Both the position numbers and the translations under genes were made by a program. 64,000 nt of DNA, taken from assembly GCA_034226945.1 (NCBI GenBank), contig CP120456.1, positions 310,001 to 374,000 on the forward strand, given 5' to 3'. The stretch's first letter is position 1; each line of letters opens with the position of its first letter. Source of the stretch: Picochlorum sp. SENEW3. Its lineage: Eukaryota. The notes under the pieces were generated by a model. That model was not told the origin of the DNA and did not search any database. It was given only the letters and a program-made list of their open reading frames with translations. This document shows, piece after piece, positions 24,515-35,920 of this stretch.

Positions 24515-25246
24515 TGGAATGTATGGGTCTGATGCAATGAGATTGTATACCGTTCTCCAGCCCAAGGATTGCCATGTCAGCGAGTCGGTCCAACCTTTCG
24601 AATCATCAAACCCCAAGGATTTTGTACTTCTGTCCCATGGGTTTTGTTTATTTTTATATTTGTTAGCATTCAATAGTGGTCTTCTGGGAAGTATGAGGGG
24701 CATGGTATTGGTTGTGTCCGGATCCACCCGATGATCATCCACCACATGAATGAGTGGGTCTCCGGAAGTGGGCTCGTCTACTACTACTGCAAGAACTACA
24801 CTGCCTGTGACGGTGGACAGGAGCTACGACCTGCTTTGTTGCCAATAGTACTGATGATCACAAGTCTATCACATAAAGACAGGCAACCTTTTGTAGAAAT
24901 TCTCTCTCTTTTTCTCTAGCTGCTCTTGTCATTTCAGTCAATGAGATCATTCTACTGCTTTCATTCGTGGGATAATCTTGTGGAAATCAGTGAGCTAGAA
25001 AACATGTCTTATTTAAATCAATATAAGCTTGGTTCATGGTACAAACGGCCCTACATATGGATGGCGTGGACCGATTGGATGCCTACATGCATTTGCATGG
25101 ATCAGATGTGGCCATTCAAACGTTGGCATGATCTTCACATGAGGCATGCGCCTCTCATAGATTAGATAATATTCTAATATACTAATTGTAATATTTTTAT
25201 TACGATTCGATTCATACACATATATAAAGAAAAGAAAAGAAGAAGT

Positions 25247-25723
25247 ATGGCGAGATTTTGTGGTTCGGTTGGTCCCACAGATCAACGGCCCTGTCCCTGT
25301 CTCGGGTGTGGCTCATATTATACGCGTCTAGGTTCGCACGTGGACAGATGCGAATTATGTCAGGAGAAAGGTCTTACCAAAGAAATTCATCTCCGGATGA
25401 TAAAGCAGTATGACTCGATGCATATTGTTTTCCAAGGGCACGTTGGTAGAGGGGGTAAGAGAGATGGAACCAGCTGGTATGTTGGATACTCAGATCCACG
25501 TCTTGTCAAGGAGCATGAAGAAAGCACCATCATCACAGTCGATAATCCCCTATATGATTCTAGATTCTACACAAGGTATCCTACCAACCCAGAGAGAATC
25601 ACAATTTTGCCATCAGGGCTGGAACAAGTAGAAAAAATTCGACAAGAAATCCTCCAAAAGCGGCATGAAAAAGAGGAATCTCAAGATTGTATTAAAAAGA
25701 GGGACAACGGGAGTCTTTTGTAG
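25247..25723 (+). CDS. Hypothetical protein with N-terminal C2HC-type zinc finger
   Basis: 158-aa ATG ORF after an AT/purine-rich leader; CLGCGSYYTRLGSHVDRC. Confidence 0.55.
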   Translation: MARFCGSVGPTDQRPCPCLGCGSYYTRLGSHVDRCELCQEKGLTKEIHLRMIKQYDSMHIVFQGHVGRGGKRDGTSWYVGYSDPRLVKEHEESTIITVDNPLYDSRFYTRYPTNPERITILPSGLEQVEKIRQEILQKRHEKEESQDCIKKRDNGSLL

Positions 25724-26085
25724 TATACTAGTGGAATGCAATGATGCAATGACAATGTGCTGCATGAAGGCCATTGTCATGAGTGAAGTATAGTACCTTG
25801 CACTCAAAAAAAACCGCATAAAATCGTTATATAAAATACAGAAGGATTCAAATGCTTCATAAAGCATCTGATCAGATGTGAGCGCATCTAAAGAAGGCCA
25901 TAGGAATCACATCGTCCGTATGCCTGGGCTCTGTCTTGCTTGCATGGTTTATACTGGCATATAGAGCTATTATGCAAATATCCTCTTGATAAGTTCAATA
26001 TATTTAGAAAATGTTAATGCAATACCACTAAATGTACGATATGAGCCTACCTAGTCGCAATATTCTATCGGTTTAGTCTAGAGAA

Positions 26086-29000
26086 ATGCATGTGCCTGAG
26101 AAGAAGAGAAAGCGAGAGACCCGAGAGGAGGATATTGTGATTGGAGTAGAACAGAATAAAAAGAATGTGATTGAAATGCAAGGGAAATCGTGCCTGCACG
26201 AGGTTGCGTGGCCACCAGGTGCGTTTCAGAATGACATGTCATTGCATGCGCGTATCTTCCACCTACATACATCACGAAAAAGTGCATGTCAACGTCTATA
26301 GCCATTACGTACATCACTATATACATTTAATGACAGGCAAAGAGCATGATGGTGCACCGACGTTGCCACCTGCGGAACGGAAGGACGTGGAGCCTGCTCG
26401 GCAGTATCCCTTTCAGATCGATCCCTTTCAGCAGATTGCCATCAACTGCATGGAGGCAGGCCATTCTGTATTGGTGGCTGCTCATACATCGGCAGGGAAG
26501 ACGGTGGTGGCCGAGTATGCGTTTGCGATGGCGTTGAGGGATGGAGCACGAGTTGTGTACACCTCTCCTCTCAAGGCCCTGTCCAATCAAAAGTACAGAG
26601 AGTTTCAAGAGAAGTTTGGCGATGTTGGTCTTATTACTGGCGATGTTGTAATTAATCCATCAGCTTCTTGTTTGGTCATGACCACGGAGATTTTGAGGTC
26701 CATGCTGTACAGAGGGAGTGAAGTCATTCGAGAGGTGTCCTTGGTTGTCTATGATGAGATTCATTATTTACGGGACAAGGAGCGTGGTGTTGTGTGGGAA
26801 GAGAGTATCATATTAGCTCCAAAATCCACTCGATTTGCGTTTTTATCCGCGACGCTTCCAAATGCGCGAGATTTCGCCGAATGGATTGCGACAACCCATG
26901 ACAGTCCCTGCCATGTGGTCTACACGGATTATAGGCCTACCCCGTTGCAGCATTTTCTCTATCCTGCAGGAGGAGAAGGGATATATTTGGTTGTGGATGA
27001 GAGGAATGCATTTCGGGAAGATTCATTCAGCAAAGCGATTGGGTCTTTGGAGGAAGACCCTGATGAGAAGAAAAAGAAGAAAAAGGTGAATGCCAATGGT
27101 GGAAAAGAGCAGAGTGACGTGAACAAACTGATCAATATGATTGTTGAGAAACGGCTCGACCCAGTCATTATATTTTCATTCTCCAAAAATGAATGTGAAT
27201 CTTTGGCGGATCAAGTCACGTCGTTGGATGTCAACTCATCCGAGGAAAAGGAAATGGTTCGTGCAATTTATGACGGTGCAGTGGATGTTTTGTCAGAGAA
27301 TGACCGCAAGCTTCCAGAAGTAGTCAGTATTATTAAACGTATTGAAAGAGGGATTGGGGTACATCATTCTGGAATGTTGCCCATACTGAAAGAGTTGACT
27401 GAGATTTTGTTCCAGGAAGGGTTGATAAAAGTGTTGTTTGCAACAGAAACATTTTCTACTGGACTCAACATGCCTGCCAAGACAGTGGTATTCACGCACG
27501 CTCGAAAATTCGATGGTGGATCGTTTCGATGGATTAGCTCTGGAGAGTACACTCAGATGAGTGGACGAGCTGGGAGAAGAGGTCTAGATGATAAAGGAAC
27601 AGTTATTCTCATGATTGATTCCAAAATGGATCCTGCAACCGCCAAGGACATGTTGCGAGGGACTCCAGATCCGTTGTATTCCGAATTCCATCTCACCTAC
27701 CCAATGCTCATCAATATGTTACGAGTAGAGGGGGCGAACGTTGAAGATTTGATTCAGCGGTCCTATCGTCAGTTTCAGTCGGAAAAGGCTATACCAATGC
27801 TTGAGCAAAAACGGGCCAGCATAGAATCCCGGATGAAAGACATTGTGATTGACGATGAACATCTGATACAGTCGTATGCAGGGCTTTTAGATCAATATCA
27901 TGTGTTGGAGAAAGGGAGGAGAGATATACTCATGCGGCCAAAGCTTGTGCTTCCATTCTTACAGCCAGGACGGCTCATTCTGATTGAGCATGGTGGCATG
28001 CAGGCAGAATCATCCCGTTCAGTCAATTATGATGCTCGACATGGAGCCTGGGCAGCAGTCATCAACTTTGAAGTTCTCGGTAAAAAAGAGGAGAAAGAGA
28101 AGCGACGAGTGATTATCGACGTGCTGGCAATGTGTGATGAGGCACGGGGGCCAAAAGACCCACGTATTCTTCCATCTCAGGAAGGTGCAAACGGCGTCGC
28201 CTTTGTTGTGACCATAGATTTAGACCAGGTTTTAGAACTCAGTACAATCCGGGTTCATTTGCCTGCCGACTTACGAACCAAAGAGACACGAGCGGTCGGC
28301 GCCAAGGTTCTCAAAGAAGTGGCCAAACGATTTGGGACCAAGGGGCCACCCCTCCTGGATGCAGAAAAGGACATCAAAGTGACGTCTGACGACTACTTTA
28401 CAACGGTCGCCCGTCTCGATAAAATAAAACGGATGATTGACTCTCACCCCGTATTAGAAGATGAACAAGGTACCCTCCTCCCTCGTCTACAAGCACTACG
28501 AGAAAAGGCAGATTTGAAACACACCATTCGCATGCTGGACAAGGATATTCAAAAGGCTGGAGGCCTGGTCCTCGAAGAAGATCTCAGATCCAGAACTCGC
28601 GTCCTTCAACGCCTCGGATACATTGATAAAGACCACGTCATTAGTACAAAAGCCAAAGCAGCAGCTGAAATATCGACAGGGGATGAACTCGTCCTGTGCG
28701 AACTCATCTTTAGTGGCGTATTCAGTGGCCTCAAGGTGGATCAAGTAGCAGCTCTTATTTCATGCTTCATCTGGAGAGAGAAATCCGAGGCCCGCGCAAA
28801 AGTACCACATGAAATGGAAGGACCATATGCATCGCTGCGCGATGCAGCACGTCGAATTGCCCGCGCAGAATCAGATTGCCACATGGGTGTCGATGTGGAC
28901 GAATACGTGGATTCCTTCAAACCAGACCTCATGGCTATTGTCATCGAATGGTGCCACGGGGCCACATTCGCCCACATAGCATCATTAGCTGGAGACAAAA

Positions 29001-29167
29001 CACACGGAGGATCACTCGTACGAGCCATCAGAAGACTCGAAGAACTGCTACGTCAAGTCTCGGCAGCCCTCAAGCTGATTGGTGATGTCCATCTCGCCGA
29101 GCAGTTTGACAAGGCCATTGAAAAGATTAAAAGAGACATTATTTTCGCTGCCTCGCTCTTCTTATAG
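26086..29167 (+). CDS. MTR4: Ski2-like DExH RNA helicase, MTR4/HEN2 family
   Basis: Exon 1 26086-26218, intron 26219-26336. AHTSAGKT, YTSPLKALSNQKY, DEIH, SAT, QMSGRAGRRG, C-terminal IKRDIIFAASLFL. MTR4 versus HEN2 is not resolved. Confidence 0.92.
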
Positions 29168-29276
29168 TAGCATTATTATTTATGTTATTTTCGTACTACC
29201 ACGAGGTATATTTGATCCGAGAGGATCTGGTATGTAAAAAGAATCCGAGAAGAAGAAGAAAGAAAGTTTATTTCAC

Positions 29277-29301
29277 GTTTGTAAGACCGTGTCTTACAAA
29301 C
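29277..29301. repeat. Perfect 11-bp inverted repeat with 3-nt loop
   Basis: GTTTGTAAGAC-cgt-GTCTTACAAAC. Confidence 0.85.
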
Positions 29302-29374
29302 CGTTACAGAGACATAGCAATCCGATGCGTGTATTTTTAATACACATAGTTAAATAATAATAATAATAATTGAC

Positions 29375-29926
29375 ATGGCAATGCTGCAAACCATGTCGTC
29401 ATTCGTCGGTGGGAGAGTAGTACTTCCCTACAGCACAAGGCCCCACCACCGTGCTGGTCATATTGTCCATGGCACCCACCCCAACCTGACGGAGTATTCC
29501 ACCATCACAGCAACAATAGAAACTCCATTGGGGCTCATGCTCGCTGAAGACAAGGAGCATGGTCAGATTATTATTGAATCCATCACAGAAGGAAGCAATG
29601 CAGATAAAACACAGCTCTTTGCGCCCAATGACATCTTGGTCAGCTGCTCTGCCATCATGATGAAGGCAGATATTGAAGAGACAAACAAAGATGGCATGTA
29701 CAATGAAAGAAGAAGAAAGCAAGGATGCTGTTCTACAGGGTGTCCTGACTGTCCATTTAATGCTAGGAATTGGGCACGAGTAGAATTTGACTGCAGAAAC
29801 AAGACATTTCAGACAGTCATATCAGCGTTGCAGTCAAATACAGCACCCTTTGCTCGTGCCCTCGCATCATCATCTGGCTCAGGAATGAAACGAACAATCA
29901 CCATTACTGTAGCACGACCTCTGTAG
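29375..29926 (+). CDS. Probably plastid-targeted PDZ-like protein with inserted Cys cluster
   Basis: TPLGLMLAE..IIIESITEGSNADK..PNDILVS resembles a PDZ fold; insert GCCSTGCPDCPF. Confidence 0.6.
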   Translation: MAMLQTMSSFVGGRVVLPYSTRPHHRAGHIVHGTHPNLTEYSTITATIETPLGLMLAEDKEHGQIIIESITEGSNADKTQLFAPNDILVSCSAIMMKADIEETNKDGMYNERRRKQGCCSTGCPDCPFNARNWARVEFDCRNKTFQTVISALQSNTAPFARALASSSGSGMKRTITITVARPL

Positions 29927-30102
29927 CATGCCATATTCTTATCATTTTGTATTTTCTGTATTTCTTCTTCTGCTGCTGCTGCTGCTTGGTATTCAGCGAG
30001 TTTACTAAATTTTTTTTTGGAACAGCATTGTAAACTAGTAATCACTATCAAGAGTATATATATGCATCCATCATCAATGGTTGATTCGAATTCAATCCCG
30101 CC

Positions 30103-30533
30103 CTATTTCGGTGGCCGTCTCATTCTGTTCCCATCCAAATATCTATCAGGGTCATCAATCACGAGGTATGCATCCTGTGGCTCATCTCTGCATGAATATA
30201 TAAAAATAGTACAGATCCCCATCATCATCATCATGATCTATATGTATTTGTATCTAGACCAATGCAGGTTGGTTGCATTCAGAAAAGAATCACAATCACC
30301 ATACCCAGGTTCTGAAGCCAGACACCGTCTGAAATTCCCCCACGTCGGGAAAATCTTATCTCGAAACTCCAATGTAAACAATGCCTGGGTTCATATTAAA
30401 AAGATAGTGTAAATAAACAAAGAGTCTCATCGATCGATAGATGGAAGAGCAAAAAACCCGCCCGCACCTGAATGAAATCTTCCAACCGCGCATTACATCT
30501 ATGCGGCCGTGGAACAGGCCTCTGATCATCCAT
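30103..30533 (-). CDS. Small 76-aa hypothetical protein, 3 exons (not in ORF track)
   Basis: Exons 30468-30533, 30305-30384 and 30103-30187 join in frame via CAG|GTGCGG..CCAG and GG|GTATGG..TGCAG introns. Confidence 0.55.
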
Positions 30534-30559
30534 GTAATCCAATTTAAATACTGTAAATA

Positions 30560-31252
30560 TTAAGATTTAATCATTCGATACGCGTGCGATCCGACGTTGT
30601 AATAATCCTTCAACAGATTTTCTTTTTCAAATCCCAATTTCTGATACAATCCTTTGGCAGCTCTATTCTCACATTCCACAAACAACATGATTGAATACGG
30701 TCGATTCGCAGCATCTTTCAATCGGGAAATATACTCTAATGTTTTTGACAACATAAAGGTACCTAGACGCAGTTTTCTGTACTCTTTCCTGACAAACATC
30801 TTGCTAACAGTCCCACAGAGTGACTGGCAGGACACAATACAGTACCCAATCACAGTTTCATCATCCACATAGATGGCAATCACATGTGTATTTGGTTTCG
30901 ATATCATTCTCATACACTGATCTCCCCATGAATGTGATTTAGGCCAGTGTTTCTTTTCCAGCAGGCAAATCTGATCCATCATCATGGCCTGAGTCTTCTT
31001 GGTGTCTTTTATACCATCAAGAGCAGTCACCATGACTGGTATTCGAGGTTCCAGCAACCCAGCACCATCATGATTGCAAGGCAAAGAAGAAGAAGAAGTA
31101 ATAGCTGCTGTGTCGCATTCTTTTGATGGAGCAGAAAATGCGTTGAGGGCAGAGGGTGTCAGTGGGTGGATGAGCGCAAGACAACAACAACGAGAGCTGT
31201 CTGTCTTCTTCGAAGAATTCTTCTCTAGGCATGTCTCAGTGTCGTCAAGCAT
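30560..31252 (-). CDS. GNAT N-acetyltransferase, RimI-like (true start may be internal, about 31033)
   Basis: VIGYCI, MFVRKEYRKLRLGTFML acetyl-CoA motif A, LFVECENRAAKGLYQKLGF, DYY..HAYRM. Confidence 0.82.
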   Translation of the reverse strand: MLDDTETCLEKNSSKKTDSSRCCCLALIHPLTPSALNAFSAPSKECDTAAITSSSSLPCNHDGAGLLEPRIPVMVTALDGIKDTKKTQAMMMDQICLLEKKHWPKSHSWGDQCMRMISKPNTHVIAIYVDDETVIGYCIVSCQSLCGTVSKMFVRKEYRKLRLGTFMLSKTLEYISRLKDAANRPYSIMLFVECENRAAKGLYQKLGFEKENLLKDYYNVGSHAYRMIKS

Positions 31253-31556
31253 GATGCGGCTATTCTGCTGCTACTATCGTTCGTCAAGCATGATAGGAAT
31301 CAGCAGATACTAATAATAATATCAGATATAGAAATACGAAGCGATCTGTGCGCACTCACATTGGCATCACAACCCAATTTGGGTCGTGTCTGTTTTTTAT
31401 TCAAACATAAGAACATAAGAAGAACTCTTGAGATGCATGTCACCAACCTGCACTACTACTACTAATGCCATTAATTAATTTTCCACACATGGGTAATAGT
31501 AAGATTCCCTGACAGAAACCAAAAGACAAGAAGAAAAAGAAGAAGAAAAACAAAAG

Positions 31557-32879
31557 ATGGGTGTCGAGAAGAACCATGACATGTCTTCCTCCCTTCGGGA
31601 TCTCTCTGTGGAAGAGTATGTACCACCTGCTTATATAGTTGAAGCTGAACGTCATGTATCTAATATAGAACGGTTGAATGCTGCTTGTGCTCGTGAGACG
31701 GAATTGGCCATGGATGGTCTGGTTGACGAATTAGAACGCATGGTGTCGGGCCTGTCATCGTCGGTTTCTGATACAGACGCTGTAGAAGCGAAGCAAAAGG
31801 TGGAAGGGATGGTGAAGGATACGGTGTCAAGGGTGTCAAAGGTGACGAAAGCGCTGCACAGTGGAGTGGCAAAGTATGGCAAGCATGTGGATGGGGACGC
31901 GAGAAGTGTGGATTTGGCAGTGGTTCAAAAGATATTTGGAGTTACCGTTGCTCCGGATGGGACTGGATGTTTGCCTCGCGAGGTGATGAAGGAATTGATT
32001 GTGGAGCATTTCTATGTGACGAGGGATTTTGAATGTGGGGATTGTTTGGCAGAGGAGGCTGGTGTGCCGAATGCTGAGGAGATTAAACAACCATATCTAG
32101 AGCTTCTTAGGATTGAGAACGAGTTGAAGAGGCATTCTTTGGAGGATGCGTTGGCGTGGGTGGCTGTGCATGAGCAACAGCTTCAAGGTGGTGTTGGCAG
32201 ACGTAATCGATTGGGCTTCTTGTTGCATCGATTGTCGTTTTTAGATGTGTTAGAAAGAGAAGGGCGATTAAAAGCAATAGAATATGGTAAAAGGCACTTG
32301 CGGGAGTTTTATTTCGGGCATGCAACGGGTTTGTGTGCATTGATGGGTGGCATGTTGTTTTATGGAGGAGAGAGTTCAAGCATGGATATCGATGGTCAGC
32401 GCGCCGAGTCGCACATGATCAAGAAACGTTATAAACCTGTATACGGTGATCAGAGGGAGACGATGTGGGAGGAGGCGGTGGAGGAATTTCGAAAGCAGTA
32501 TTCTCGTGTGATGGGCAAGCCTCTGGAGAGTCCGTTACTGGTGAGTGTTGCAGCTGGTTCAGCCGTGCTTCCAACGCTTCTCAAGTATGCCAAAGTTGCT
32601 GAGAAGACAAAATCCGCAGGAACATTTGCACAAACGTCGCATGAGCTTCCTGTTGAATTGCCGCTGCCAGATGAATTCTATTTCCATTCCACCTTTGCAT
32701 GTCCAGTGTCCAAGGAAAGCAACACGCCATCAGACCCTCCTCAGATGTTGCCGTGTGGACACTGTTTGAATAAAAGCAGTATATATAGGATTGCAAAGTC
32801 TGCTACCAGACGATTCAAATGTCCATATTGTCCGCAGGAAACAGTCATGACAGAATGCAAAGATTTACATCTCTTCTGA
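31557..32879 (+). CDS. RMND5: CTLH/GID complex RING subunit RMND5/GID2
   Basis: LisH/CTLH/CRA region and C-terminal ELPVELPL..FHSTFACPVSKE..PPQMLPCGHCL..FKCPYCP. Confidence 0.88.
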   Translation: MGVEKNHDMSSSLRDLSVEEYVPPAYIVEAERHVSNIERLNAACARETELAMDGLVDELERMVSGLSSSVSDTDAVEAKQKVEGMVKDTVSRVSKVTKALHSGVAKYGKHVDGDARSVDLAVVQKIFGVTVAPDGTGCLPREVMKELIVEHFYVTRDFECGDCLAEEAGVPNAEEIKQPYLELLRIENELKRHSLEDALAWVAVHEQQLQGGVGRRNRLGFLLHRLSFLDVLEREGRLKAIEYGKRHLREFYFGHATGLCALMGGMLFYGGESSSMDIDGQRAESHMIKKRYKPVYGDQRETMWEEAVEEFRKQYSRVMGKPLESPLLVSVAAGSAVLPTLLKYAKVAEKTKSAGTFAQTSHELPVELPLPDEFYFHSTFACPVSKESNTPSDPPQMLPCGHCLNKSSIYRIAKSATRRFKCPYCPQETVMTECKDLHLF

Positions 32880-33033
32880 TGCATTGATGATGGGCTCGAT
32901 AGATAGATTTTCATGCTCATGTCCATGTATATCATCATCATCATACAATGAATATTATTATTATTGTTGTTGTTCTTGTTATTATCAGTCATGGTAGTCG
33001 TGGTATTATTCTATGAAACTCTTTTCAACTATC

Positions 33034-33519
33034 CTACAGCTTTGACCCAAACAAGACATGCCCCAAATCCACATCATTCTTGGACATGTATTTCACATGC
33101 GTCCCATGGGATACCACGCCCTTGGATACAGGGTCAATAATATCGACTATAATCGTGGCCAGCGATTGACCTTTACTGACAACTCGCGCATGCACCTCAT
33201 ACAAAGAGTCTGCCTGTCCAGCCTGCAGGTAGCTCACATTGATGCCAACACTTTTCCCTGGCCTTCCATCCATGCTCATCAACGCAGCTGTTCCAATAAT
33301 ATCTACCAAAGATGCTATACAACCTCCATGTAATATACCAAACCTATTCTGTACAGCTGGGGTGACACGAATGGAGCATGTCAGCACACCTGGCTTGACA
33401 CAAGCCACCTGGTCCATCTCACAGTCCTGCAGGACTCCCGCATCAAAATATTGCCTATCTCCTTCTTCAGAACTCTTTAAAAGCTCTAGAAATCGAATAG
33501 CTGCCTGTGGAGATCCCAT
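33034..33519 (-). CDS. Acyl-CoA thioesterase 13 / PaaI hotdog-fold protein
   Basis: NRFGILHGGCIASLVD, GKSVGINVSYL, GTHVKY. An alternative upstream ATG lies at 33606. Confidence 0.85.
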   Translation of the reverse strand: MGSPQAAIRFLELLKSSEEGDRQYFDAGVLQDCEMDQVACVKPGVLTCSIRVTPAVQNRFGILHGGCIASLVDIIGTAALMSMDGRPGKSVGINVSYLQAGQADSLYEVHARVVSKGQSLATIIVDIIDPVSKGVVSHGTHVKYMSKNDVDLGHVLFGSKL

Positions 33520-33758
33520 GATAGTTTTAAGGTTTTCGGTTTGGAATGCATCGTAATAAAGACACCCGGATATTGTTCTTCCCTGTACATCTTCAACCAC
33601 AGCCATGCACAACCACGTAGATAATTTCGTATTCAGATTACAGCACTCAATATTGCAAAATACTTTTATTTTTTCAAGTGGTTAGTAGAATAGTTTCATG
33701 AAACGGGCACCAGTTGAGAAGAACTGAGTCTGTGTACAGAGAGAGTAGTGCCTTCCAC

Positions 33759-34254
33759 ATGTCCTTGAAACTCGGCATACGTCCACGACATGTTGTTCAA
33801 AGGATATCAATGAACCCTGTTTCCATTGATAAACTACATAAATATCGGATTCGGTGCGTCTAATCAAATATTGGCAGGATTTGCTGGCTTTCTGTCATTG
33901 TGTCGAGAAGCAGAATTTCACAACCCGCGATGATGACGCAGGACACATTTACCAATGTCACTATTAGTTAGAATGAAGGATATTCCACCAGAGGGGTACA
34001 CGCTTAGTGAAAAAGATAGAACGTGCAATGTAGAGGAGCAGTTCTGCAGGACTCCACTGCATGTCTGGGAAATAAAATGCCCTGAATGCCATGCGACTGG
34101 TAACCTTCCTGTTGTGCGGAAACGAAAGACACGTATACTATGTGTGTGTCCCACGTGCTCTGGTCTTGGGTTTGTGCGGTATGTGTCGTCTGAGATCACA
34201 GAGGAGGATGCAGAAGGGTATTCTTTGCTTCGAGATGAGGCTATGGATCAATGA
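33759..34254 (+). CDS. DnaJ-like zinc-finger protein, probably plastid
   Basis: CPECHATG and CPTCSGLGFV repeats. Exon 1 33759-33853 and intron 33854-33941 are inferred. Confidence 0.7.
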
Positions 34255-34349
34255 ATTAACGAATCAACGAACGCATGGTATTGCTACAAATGAATTGTAA
34301 TTATATATATGGTCTTGTACACGTTGGAAAAAAATGGGGTCCATGTTTG

Positions 34350-35588
34350 TTATGATTTCTTCAGGCCAGTGGAACAGATGCATTCTTTGAAGGCGCCCAA
34401 GGTCGAGTATGAGCGAGTCATGTTTAAAAATTTGCCCTTCCCAGGACTCCATAGCATGGATATCTCCAGTCCGGTATCTTCAGATGCTGCTGGCACGGAG
34501 ACCTGCAGGACAACTCTGTGAGGCAACCAGAGGGTACCTCCATCCAAGGCACACGCGGGGCCTTCAAACATATTTCCTGGCTGGTATACCTTTTGGAATT
34601 CCTGAGATGAGTAGATGGGCATGGTCACAAGATGGCCAGTCTTCATGTCGACATCTTCCACCCTGCTCACATGTACCTCAAACACATTCCAAAAACCTTG
34701 CATTTCATCCTGGGGAATTCTGGTCTCACCAGAGTCCTTTTTTGACTTTTCATCGCTTTCGGATTGACTCGAGCTGGTGTATTGACCTGGGACACCTTCC
34801 CACGTTTCTCTATTCACAGCCACACGGAGTAATGAAATGTCCAGTTCTGGGTCCAGACCACCATTCTCTGGCTCAATCAATTCTGCTGCAAAACTGACAC
34901 TGATTCTTACGCGCTCTTCACCATTCCATTGAAGACAATTTTCAATCACATGAACTTTTTCTGTTGGCGTGTATCCTTCCTCCTCATCGTCGTCCTGGAG
35001 AAAGTGGTCCTCACACAATGCCAAAGGACCTCTGCTATATGATCCTCCATCAAAAATGAACAATCCATCCTGATCCTGCTCAATCGTATCCACCTCCCAC
35101 TCATTCGAATCATCTCTCATCCTGCTAAACTCTAATTTCCCAGCATCGCGCATTTGCTCCTCCAACACTGTCTTTTGTGTGGCACGGGCCTCATGCCGAA
35201 CAATACAGTCTACACCCTCGTCACTCAGTTTCCTCTCCTCCACACAGCACTGAGATAAATAGTACACCTTATTCTTCCCATCCATCGCAATAGGCTCTGG
35301 CTCTCCTGAAAAAGGCGCATACACGGCCCTATGACCCAACCATAGTCCTCCCACTGACCCAGCAAACGACGACCAAAATGGCGTTGGAACAGTCTCCACT
35401 TTTGTCAGTATCTCAGCAGTCTCAATCACCATGGGGCATGTTAAATATCCATCGCTCTTTGTCTGAGATTGACATCTGTGGTGCAGTCGTCTTCCTAACG
35501 CAGGACATGCCCCTCGCAAGGCTCCATGCCCTGGAAGTTCAAACCCAGTTTGAAATCGACGCATCGATCCTGGGTTACTGAATCCCAT
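34350..35588 (-). CDS. Conserved-looking plastid hypothetical protein (DUF3598-like)
   Basis: 412-aa ORF with transit-peptide-like N-terminus; WSSFAGSVGGLWLG..FSGEP, FDGGSYSRGP, GTLWLP. Confidence 0.55.
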   Translation of the reverse strand: MGFSNPGSMRRFQTGFELPGHGALRGACPALGRRLHHRCQSQTKSDGYLTCPMVIETAEILTKVETVPTPFWSSFAGSVGGLWLGHRAVYAPFSGEPEPIAMDGKNKVYYLSQCCVEERKLSDEGVDCIVRHEARATQKTVLEEQMRDAGKLEFSRMRDDSNEWEVDTIEQDQDGLFIFDGGSYSRGPLALCEDHFLQDDDEEEGYTPTEKVHVIENCLQWNGEERVRISVSFAAELIEPENGGLDPELDISLLRVAVNRETWEGVPGQYTSSSQSESDEKSKKDSGETRIPQDEMQGFWNVFEVHVSRVEDVDMKTGHLVTMPIYSSQEFQKVYQPGNMFEGPACALDGGTLWLPHRVVLQVSVPAASEDTGLEISMLWSPGKGKFLNMTRSYSTLGAFKECICSTGLKKS

Positions 35589-35920
35589 AATAATTATTAC
35601 TATGTATTGGGGCCATGGACCGATTCGTTTTGAATAGGGACCATGACCCGCAATGGGACATGGAAGCCTGCCTCCATCAGAAAGTGGTGGTAGTAGTAGT
35701 ACTAGCCCAGTAGTAGGAAGAGAGCAGTCATATATATGAGGTGTGTGATGCTGCCACGGTTCTCTTTAGATTACGACCAATGATGTCTCTCATCATGGTA
35801 TCTCGCTCCTAACACGAATGCATCAACTCATGTGATATCACATCAGAGGCATCGATGCCAGCTCCTTGTTTACATTTTCATGGTGGCTATATTACAATTA
35901 CATGTGGTAATAGTAAATAA

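Noticed and set aside
24926..25165. Trp-rich short ORF upstream of the zinc-finger ORF
   Set aside because: Short, with no motif or splice support, so it is indistinguishable from chance.
29352..29370. (AAT)n microsatellite, also near 8588 and 32955
   Set aside because: Ordinary short simple repeats in introns and UTRs.
35830..35843. 14-bp palindrome ATGTGATATCACAT
   Set aside because: Several palindromes of this length are expected by chance in 64 kb, and nothing else supports it.
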